Below, piece after piece: positions 16,580 through 23,390 of a stretch of DNA of 32,000 nt. Position numbers and translations under genes: made by a program. Source of the DNA: Nitrosopumilus zosterae (GTDB taxonomy: Archaea; Thermoproteota; Nitrososphaeria; Nitrososphaerales; Nitrosopumilaceae); assembly GCF_025998175.1 (NCBI RefSeq), contig NZ_AP026695.1, forward strand, positions 962,760 to 994,759, given 5' to 3'. Every line of letters starts with the position of its first letter. Position 1 is the stretch's first letter. Below the pieces are notes generated by a model, which was not told where the DNA came from, searched no databases, and was given only the letters and a program-made list of their open reading frames with translations.

Positions 16580-17014
16580 CTATGCTTCCATGCTTTCTTT
16601 TAGAAGATTTTTCCTAACGAGAATAGGAATTTTGTAAAATGCACCTAATGCCATTGCGTCGGACGCTCTATAATTTCGCAATACAAGATCTTTTTTTCCT
16701 GTAAAATACAAATTTGCACGTAAAACTTCTCCACTCTCATAGATTTTCACCTTAACTAGAATCAGCTCATTCTCCTCACAAATCTCCTCAATCATCTTGT
16801 AGATGGATGGTGCAGATTCACCTTCAGGATCGTTAAAACTGGAGATATGCCTAGCGACCTCACCAGAAAAAGCCCTCATATGGAATTCTTTTCCAGTATC
16901 AGATTTTAGAACAACCATGCCTTCAACAGCATAGGGATCAACAAACCCAACATAATCAATTTTCACAGATTCATAATCAGGCTCTTGTGCTTGATCAATT
17001 TCCATATTACGCAT
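16580..17014 (-). CDS. bifunctional nuclease (BFN/DUF151) domain protein
   Basis: Pattern VVLKSDTGKEFHMRAFSGEVARHI...PSIYKMIEEI...ILVKVKIYESGEVLRANLYF...RASDAMALGAFYKIPILV fits DUF151. Confidence 0.7.
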   Translation of the reverse strand: MRNMEIDQAQEPDYESVKIDYVGFVDPYAVEGMVVLKSDTGKEFHMRAFSGEVARHISSFNDPEGESAPSIYKMIEEICEENELILVKVKIYESGEVLRANLYFTGKKDLVLRNYRASDAMALGAFYKIPILVRKNLLKESMEA

Positions 17015-17152
17015 AAACTACTTGTTCAGAGCTTATAAAGATAGCAAATTTTTCGGATCAAAGATTACCATGTTATTTTGTGAATTATTTTTTGACGATC
17101 AAGGATTGAGCATGACCCCAAATTATTTAAAATCCCCAACAATGGTAGCTTT

Positions 17153-18967
17153 ATGTCGGAAAATCCTGAACGTGCAATATCATATGTTCTAAGTAGGTAC
17201 GTCAGAAAATACATGGATAGTGATGTGCTCATATTGAATAAGAACACTCCCACTAGAGAAGCAACTAGAATGTTGCACCATTATGAAACAGATGACATAG
17301 TTGTTACGGATGAAAACAATATTCCGGTAGGAATTGTAACAGATGAAGACATCCTAAGAAAAGTGAGCGATGTTACAGTGTACGCAGAATCTACTACATT
17401 AAAAGACATCATGACAACACCCCTAATCACAATTAATGAAAAAGCAACATTACAAGAAGCATTACATAAAATGAGAGATAACGGAATTAGAAAATTACCA
17501 GTTTTATCAAATAAAAATGAGATACTCGGCATGATCTTTCAGACAACTATTGCCAATGTGATTCGAGATGCTACAGCCACACCAGCTCGTCTGCTGAGTC
17601 CGCCTGTAAAAGCAATATTGGGAAATCTCGGGTTTGTGTTACAGTTTGCAGGAGTGTTGTTACTTGTACCTGCCATTCTTGCCACGGTTTTGGAAGATAC
17701 GGTGATTGCTACAGGGATTTACCTAACCACAGTTCTTTTACTTGTAACGGGATTCTTTTTGAATTCATATGGGGAAAAAGCAAGTCTTAATCTTCAACAG
17801 GCATCAATATTGGTGTTTTCCAGTCTGTTTTTACTGACTTTGTTTGGCACAGTTCCATATCTGTATGTACTGCCCAGTGACGAGACCAGCATAGAAGCAT
17901 TTTCAAATGCGTTCTTTTCAAGTGCTGCAGGATTTACAACCGGAGGAATATCTTTATTTCACGAACCAGAGAAATTGAATGAAAGTTTTACGTTTTTCCG
18001 AAGTTATACTCAACTTGTAGGAGGGATGAGTTTCATTTACCTAGTGATCACGGCATTTTATCCAGAGTCAAAACTGCAATCAATGCGTGGTTTTATTTCA
18101 GGTAGAACGCTACACATGAAAGAACTATTCCTTACAATCACAGTTATTTTTTCGATTTATATCGTAATTGTTGCAACATTGCTGTATCTCTTTGGCGAGG
18201 GAAACATTATAGATAATTTCTCATTGGCAATGAGCACACTTGCAACAGGAGGATTCTTACCCACATCCACAATTCTCGGTAATTTATTGTGGCAAGAGCA
18301 GATTATTCTCATGGGCGCAATGATACTAGGCGCATTACCATTTACATTCCACTATGCATTTGTCAGAAAAAAATTCTTGTCCCCAAAACTCGGAAAAGAG
18401 GTTCTAACATATTTTGCAATTTTGGGAAGTGCAATAATCTTATTCATTTCAATTAGTGGTTTAGACCCCATGGAAAGTGCATTCATTACTGTCTCAGCAA
18501 GCACCACAGCTGGACTTCAACAAGAAAGTCTTGCAGAACTTTGGAGTGGAGCTCAGACGATTTTGATAATTTTGATGTTCATCGGAGGATGTGGATTTTC
18601 AACAGCTGGTGGTTTTAAAATTTTCAGATTATTACAATTGAGGCATTTCCTAGATTTTATCAACAAAGTAAAAAGATCAAAATTAACAGCAGAGACAAAA
18701 AAAGAAATGATATCTACTTTGATCATCATAGCATTATTTCCAATAATTGCAGTCATTGCTGGAGCACATCTTGCAGAAATAGAACAAGTCTCATACGAAG
18801 ATGCATTTTTTGAAGCAGTAGGGGTAATTACAACTGGAGGATTGTCAGCAGGAGTGATTGATCTCAACACAGATCCGGCTACAAAAATCGTGTTAGGCTT
18901 TTTAATGATATTTGGTAGATTGGAAATAATTGCGATAATTTACATATTCGTTCCAAAACTTATCTAA
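17153..18967 (+). CDS. CBS-pair domain fused to a TrkH/KtrB-type cation (K+) transporter
   Basis: Two N-terminal CBS motifs (VLILNKNTPTREA...IVTDEDILRKV; LITINEKATLQEALHKMRDNGIRKLPVL). Four P-loop-like segments follow: GFTTGGIS, LATGGFLP, ASTTAGLQ, VITTGGLSAG. Confidence 0.8.
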   Translation: MSENPERAISYVLSRYVRKYMDSDVLILNKNTPTREATRMLHHYETDDIVVTDENNIPVGIVTDEDILRKVSDVTVYAESTTLKDIMTTPLITINEKATLQEALHKMRDNGIRKLPVLSNKNEILGMIFQTTIANVIRDATATPARLLSPPVKAILGNLGFVLQFAGVLLLVPAILATVLEDTVIATGIYLTTVLLLVTGFFLNSYGEKASLNLQQASILVFSSLFLLTLFGTVPYLYVLPSDETSIEAFSNAFFSSAAGFTTGGISLFHEPEKLNESFTFFRSYTQLVGGMSFIYLVITAFYPESKLQSMRGFISGRTLHMKELFLTITVIFSIYIVIVATLLYLFGEGNIIDNFSLAMSTLATGGFLPTSTILGNLLWQEQIILMGAMILGALPFTFHYAFVRKKFLSPKLGKEVLTYFAILGSAIILFISISGLDPMESAFITVSASTTAGLQQESLAELWSGAQTILIILMFIGGCGFSTAGGFKIFRLLQLRHFLDFINKVKRSKLTAETKKEMISTLIIIALFPIIAVIAGAHLAEIEQVSYEDAFFEAVGVITTGGLSAGVIDLNTDPATKIVLGFLMIFGRLEIIAIIYIFVPKLI

Positions 18968-19061
18968 AAATATTTCAAATTCCATGGAATGGTTTTTGTT
19001 ATTTCTTGTAAGGTCTTAGCAGCAAACTAGTGAAATTTCAAAATCAGAGAAATTAGTACAA

Positions 19062-19193
19062 ATGATTCAAGATAAAAACAACCAGAGAGCAATTGCAGAG
19101 TATCTCAACAGGATACATGAAAGACGTGCAAAACTTGAGAAATCAAATGAGATAGGATTTAATTTCATTGAAATCGGAGATAAACATGAATGA
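19062..19193 (+). CDS. possible 43-aa micro-ORF translationally coupled to the downstream membrane protein
   Basis: Hand-translated as MIQDKNNQRAIAEYLNRIHERRAKLEKSNEIGFNFIEIGDKHE. Its stop overlaps the ATG at 19186 (ATGAATGA). Confidence 0.25.
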   Translation: MIQDKNNQRAIAEYLNRIHERRAKLEKSNEIGFNFIEIGDKHE

Positions 19194-20010
19194 GCGATTA
19201 GAGAGTGTCAGCAAAGGAAAAAAACTCATCATATTAGGATTCATAACAATTATTGCCCTATTCATATTGTATGGAAGATACCAGGATCCGGAACTTCTTA
19301 CTCCCAGTGCAATTGATTCAATACAAAGAATTGCGTATGGATTTTACATTACGTTAGTTGCGGCATTTGGGGCCATTGCTTTTGGATTGTATCGTTATCA
19401 CAAAGGAAAAGTGATGGCTAATCAAAAAAATCTCTCAACAATAATCGCTCTAACAACATGGAATTCAAAATCACGCAAAATTTTTGTTGTCACCTTTATT
19501 GGATACGGCATGTTTTTTTCATTGGCATCAGGAACTCTTGTTTATCAACCAGAAGTTAATTTTGCAATTCATTATGGTGCTACGATTCCATCAGGGTTTA
19601 TTGCGCCATGTTGTGATGGTCCGGGATATATGCCAAAGATAATCGTGTACCTGACTGAACATGTGGGTTTGCAGATCATTCCGATAAATTTAGTGTTACA
19701 GGTAATTGTGTCTTATTTGGTCGGATTAAACGCTGCAATTGCTGTAAGTGCATATGGAATATCAAAGAAAGGCAGAGGGGCAAGTACGATAGGAGCTGCA
19801 ACGGGATTGTTTATTGCGTGTCCAACTTGTGCAGGGACATTTTTGTCAATATTTATTGGAACAGCTAGCGGGATAGCATTATCCATTGCATTAACTCAAA
19901 TGCAGACATTGTTTATTGCAATTTCAATTCCAGTATTGATTATAACTCCATTTGTAATGGCAAAAAAATTGCAAAATTCAGATGGAAGTTGCAAGATAGA
20001 TCCTAAATGA
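19168..20010 (+). CDS. polytopic membrane protein with conserved-looking Cys motifs (APCCDGPGY, ACPTCAG)
   Basis: About 6-7 hydrophobic helices. The track start is TTG at 19168, but the ATG at 19186 (MNERLES...) is more likely. Family not recognised. Confidence 0.6.
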   Translation: MKSEINMNERLESVSKGKKLIILGFITIIALFILYGRYQDPELLTPSAIDSIQRIAYGFYITLVAAFGAIAFGLYRYHKGKVMANQKNLSTIIALTTWNSKSRKIFVVTFIGYGMFFSLASGTLVYQPEVNFAIHYGATIPSGFIAPCCDGPGYMPKIIVYLTEHVGLQIIPINLVLQVIVSYLVGLNAAIAVSAYGISKKGRGASTIGAATGLFIACPTCAGTFLSIFIGTASGIALSIALTQMQTLFIAISIPVLIITPFVMAKKLQNSDGSCKIDPK

Positions 20011-20254
20011 ATTTTTTGACTTCAGGGACCTTGTGATTACCAATATCATAACCGTCACGCCTTAGAAATTTCAGAGTAAGTTTGTAGAGAAGTTCATCAT
20101 GATCCACTTTTTCTAAAATTTCAGTCCATAAAACACGACCATTTGTTTCAATGTATTTTTTAAAATCAGGATTCATAGATTCTGCAATTTCTTTACACTG
20201 ATCAAATGTTTTTCCATTTTTATAAGCACGAATTCGTCTATCACAACTATCCAT
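20003..20254 (-). CDS. hypothetical protein (83 aa)
   Basis: Clean ORF, convergent with the membrane protein gene with an 8-nt overlap. No motif recognised. Confidence 0.45.
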   Translation of the reverse strand: MDSCDRRIRAYKNGKTFDQCKEIAESMNPDFKKYIETNGRVLWTEILEKVDHDELLYKLTLKFLRRDGYDIGNHKVPEVKKFI

Positions 20255-20331
20255 GTCTTGTATTGGTAAAAATTCTAAATAAACCTAGTTTATCAGGATT
20301 CAAACAAATACCAGAATAATCTTCAGAAAAC

Positions 20332-20565
20332 ATGGGAATAAAATCACCTTCAGAATATGTGGATTTTTTCATAAATCTCAACATGGGGGAAGATGTCAGT
20401 TTACTAAGTTTCATAAGCAATGAAAAAAACATTCTGAAAAAAAATTTAGAGTTGAAAAACATCAATAAAGAACCAATCAAAAAAGGAATAGAGATTTTGG
20501 AGTTATTAGTAAGAGAAATTAATGAGAATGGAGAAAAAACAGTACTAGGAAAATATCAAAAATAG
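20332..20565 (+). CDS. hypothetical protein (77 aa)
   Basis: The ORF ends 5 nt before the wHTH gene on the same strand. The competing antisense ORF 20247..20480 is Phe-rich and low-complexity. Confidence 0.45.
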   Translation: MGIKSPSEYVDFFINLNMGEDVSLLSFISNEKNILKKNLELKNINKEPIKKGIEILELLVREINENGEKTVLGKYQK

Positions 20566-20570
20566 TCCTG

Positions 20571-21146
20571 GTGGAAATTATGGAAAAAGATTCACAGATT
20601 ATCAGAACGGAGATCATCAGAATTCTCAATGAGAATGGGAAAATTCGCGGTACAGAACTTGCTAAAAGGGTCATAGAAAAAATGGGCAATGAAAAGACAG
20701 TATACAGAGAAATCAGTGCATTAGTTGAAGCAGGAGAAATAGAGAAAAAAGTTCACAGTAGATCCCACATAGAATACGAATTGATAAATCTGTACGAATC
20801 AGTAAACAATCAATTAAAAAGTCTACATAAGGAGATTGAAACAGTTTTTGAAGAAATAAAAAATTTTACCATTATTAGCAAGGAGGAAAATTTTTCATTT
20901 CATGAGAGATTAAGATCAGTTATTCATTTGATACACATTGTACAGTCAACGGATGGAATTATGAAATTGCTATCACATTATCCCGCATTCAAGAAAGATA
21001 AAATGTTCTCACAGATAAATAGAAAGATAGATGATTGTTGGAAAATAATCATGGATGTTATTGCACATCAACCAGAAAAGGATTTCCTGAATGAGGTCCT
21101 GGCCAATTTAAGAATACCACAAATAGACACTAGCAATGTTAACTGA
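20571..21146 (+). CDS. winged-helix DNA-binding protein (191 aa)
   Basis: N-terminal IIRILNENGKIRGTELAKRVIEKMGNEKTVYREISALVEAGEIEKK is wHTH-like. The C-terminal helical domain was not recognised. Confidence 0.6.
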   Translation: MEIMEKDSQIIRTEIIRILNENGKIRGTELAKRVIEKMGNEKTVYREISALVEAGEIEKKVHSRSHIEYELINLYESVNNQLKSLHKEIETVFEEIKNFTIISKEENFSFHERLRSVIHLIHIVQSTDGIMKLLSHYPAFKKDKMFSQINRKIDDCWKIIMDVIAHQPEKDFLNEVLANLRIPQIDTSNVN

Positions 21147-21414
21147 AATTTTTTAATTTTTCCACTATCACTTTAAGAATTTCTTCATCATCAAGAAGAA
21201 TAAGTGGAAAATTATTTTCATCGCTTGCTTTACGAAATTCCGTATCTTTTGTTACAATGATCATGTCGTTTTCACGAGCGTAATTAATAATAGAATAGTC
21301 CGAACCTAGCTTCTTTCCTTCCCTCTGTAATTTTCTTACACTTTGAGCATCATACCCCAAATTTATCAATCGTTCATCCATTCCATCTAGGTTTTCATCT
21401 ACAAGAATTTTCAT
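21139..21414 (-). CDS. DUF5615 / Mut7-C-like PIN-fold protein (candidate toxin or RNase)
   Basis: The sequence MKILVDENLDG...GYDAQSV...SDYSIINYARENDMIIVTKDTEF matches the DUF5615 pattern (MKxLxDENL...D..I...A......xxT.D.DF). Confidence 0.65.
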   Translation of the reverse strand: MKILVDENLDGMDERLINLGYDAQSVRKLQREGKKLGSDYSIINYARENDMIIVTKDTEFRKASDENNFPLILLDDEEILKVIVEKLKNFS

Positions 21415-21492
21415 AAAAATTACTAAGTTAAATTCAATATTAGTGTAAATAAATCATGAATGTCAAATACTTATTTTCAATGAAATTGTTTA

Positions 21493-21732
21493 TTGCTCAT
21501 GGATGAGAAAAAAGAGGATAAATCAGCAGAGTCAATGAAGAACCATATTGTGTATTATAGATCTTTAACTAAAGTAATTTCAAATATTAAAAAAGAAAAA
21601 GAGCAAGAAAACGAATCGGCAATCAAAGAACACCTAGAAAATAGAATCGAAGCCATGGAAAAAGACAGAAAACGAATAAGAGACATGTTTCCAGAAATCA
21701 AGGAAGAAGAATGGAATGGCAACGCCGACTGA
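21493..21732 (+). CDS. small coiled-coil protein, paralogue of 16101..16304
   Basis: See 16101..16304. Its 3' end overlaps the next ORF by 17 nt. Confidence 0.5.
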   Translation: MLMDEKKEDKSAESMKNHIVYYRSLTKVISNIKKEKEQENESAIKEHLENRIEAMEKDRKRIRDMFPEIKEEEWNGNAD

Positions 21733-21922
21733 AAAAAATCACAATAAACATCTAGACTTGCTACAGGATTATAAAATTCATTTAGTAAAATACATCGAAG
21801 AATTAGAAAAACTGGACAAACAGTCAGAATTTGCAAAAAAATGGAACGAGGCTACAATTAAGGAAAGAAAGTACGAAGTGCAGGTAGTAGACAAGATAAT
21901 CAAAAACTTAATCAGATTTTAG
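21716..21922 (+). CDS. hypothetical small helical protein (68 aa)
   Basis: The ORF overlaps the preceding gene, giving an operon-like arrangement. No motif recognised. Confidence 0.4.
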   Translation: MATPTEKNHNKHLDLLQDYKIHLVKYIEELEKLDKQSEFAKKWNEATIKERKYEVQVVDKIIKNLIRF

Positions 21923-22264
21923 ACGATGTTTTTGGGTTAAATCATAAAGAGAGTTACAAAAATCATCAAGATGTTCTATCGATACCCCATCAAACCAAGC
22001 CAGTTCGTCATCTATACTGAAATTTGTAAAATCTGCAGACATGTTTAGGAATTTTATTTCTTTATCAAATAATTTTTTGATTTCCACTAATCCTTTATCG
22101 GTCAATTCGTAATTACACGTAATCAAATCAATTTGAACATAATAATTTCCATGACGAGGGTTAATTTTTGCCTTAATGAAAGGTTTGTTTAGCTGCCGGC
22201 ATTCCTTGTAATGTTTATCATACTCAAACATCTTCGAATCGCCAATATACTTGTGAAATGTCAT
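21908..22264 (-). CDS. hypothetical protein (118 aa)
   Basis: Clean ORF with no motif recognised. Confidence 0.45.
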   Translation of the reverse strand: MTFHKYIGDSKMFEYDKHYKECRQLNKPFIKAKINPRHGNYYVQIDLITCNYELTDKGLVEIKKLFDKEIKFLNMSADFTNFSIDDELAWFDGVSIEHLDDFCNSLYDLTQKHRLKSD

Positions 22265-22288
22265 ATTTTTTAAAATTCGGTATAGAGT

Positions 22289-22669
22289 CTAAATTTCAGA
22301 GGTAATTTTCTTAATGCGTGTAATTAATCGGATTTTTGTATCAATTGGCATTTCTGGCTCCATTGTAAAATATACAATATTTCTTTTTGTGTAAATAACC
22401 ATTTGAGATACTTTTTCTCTTTCAACGTGAACGTAACGCACTTTACCAAGAGAACGATCAAACTCCTTTCGCATTGATCTTCGTTGTGCAACTTGTTTGC
22501 AGAAATGTTCTTCTTCTTTTTGGGTTTTAAGACTAGTTTTGCCTGTTTTCATGATTGCTTCTCGAATGTTACCTTTTGGATCAATAATAGCTGCAAATCT
22601 CATTTTTGGATCTAAATTTAGAATTTTCTGAACAATTTCCAAATAATCAAATTTTGTTGCGGTTGCCAT
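22289..22669 (-). CDS. hypothetical protein, possibly Roadblock/LC7-like fold
   Basis: 126 aa. The pattern ...ILNLDPKMRFAAIIDPKGNIREAIMK...VRYVHVEREKVSQMVIYTKRNIVYFTMEP resembles small thaumarchaeal alpha/beta regulators. Weak call. Confidence 0.45.
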   Translation of the reverse strand: MATATKFDYLEIVQKILNLDPKMRFAAIIDPKGNIREAIMKTGKTSLKTQKEEEHFCKQVAQRRSMRKEFDRSLGKVRYVHVEREKVSQMVIYTKRNIVYFTMEPEMPIDTKIRLITRIKKITSEI

Positions 22670-22754
22670 ATCTAGTGTGAAAAATATTTTGCTAAATATA
22701 AGCTATCAAAATATTTCAAAAACATGCAATATGAAAAAGCATAGTTAAATCCAT

Positions 22755-23390
22755 TTGAAACCTTACAAAAGCATGAAAGAGTCAATTTTCAATACTCTTA
22801 ATGAGTTGGAAGTACAATCCACCCTTGAAAAATCAAGAATGGTAGACACATTGCCTGAGAACAGAATGCTTGCAATTACTAAAGAAACTGGAGAATTACT
22901 AAACATGCTTTTACGCCTAAAAAATGCCAAAAACATGTTAGAAATAGGCACATCGGTAGGATATTCATCAATATGGTGTGCTGAGGCAATTTTAGAACAA
23001 GCAGGTAAGATAATCACAATAGAGCAAAATCCAAACAAGGTAAAGAGGGCAAAAGAAAACTTTCTAAAAGCAGAGATCCAAGATGCAGTTGAAATCAAAG
23101 AAGGTCATGCACTAGACATCCTAAGCAAAATGAGTTGCATTGATGAATACAAAGAATATTTTGATTTTGTTTTAATTGATGCGGATAAAGAAAACATAAT
23201 CGAGTATTTTGATTTAATACTTCCAATGGTTTCTGTAGGAGGAATCATAGTCACAGACAATATGTTGTATCCCGAAAAATATCGTGAACACATGAAAAAA
23301 TTTTCAGATTATTTGAAAGAAAATCCGGATCTCAACACCATAACATCAAACATTGGAAATGGTGAAGAAATTACAATCAAAGTAAGATAA
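22755..23390 (+). CDS. class I SAM-dependent O-methyltransferase (family 3, caffeoyl-CoA OMT/YrrM-like)
   Basis: Shows LEIGTSVGYSSIW, KIITIEQNP and FDFVLIDADKENIIEYFDLILPMVSVGGIIVTDNML. The likely true start is the ATG at 22773. Confidence 0.85.
   Translation: MKPYKSMKESIFNTLNELEVQSTLEKSRMVDTLPENRMLAITKETGELLNMLLRLKNAKNMLEIGTSVGYSSIWCAEAILEQAGKIITIEQNPNKVKRAKENFLKAEIQDAVEIKEGHALDILSKMSCIDEYKEYFDFVLIDADKENIIEYFDLILPMVSVGGIIVTDNMLYPEKYREHMKKFSDYLKENPDLNTITSNIGNGEEITIKVR

Noticed and set aside
17065-18870. Track ORFs 17065..17253, 17281..17532 and 18553..18870 (minus strand)
   Set aside because: They are antisense to the CBS-TrkH gene or its start, and no motifs are recognisable.
20247-20480. 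77-aa minus-strand ORF overlapping 20332..20565
   Set aside because: It is Phe/Leu/Ser-rich and low-complexity, which is typical of the antisense of a Lys/Glu-rich gene. The plus-strand ORF abuts the downstream wHTH gene in an operon-like way.
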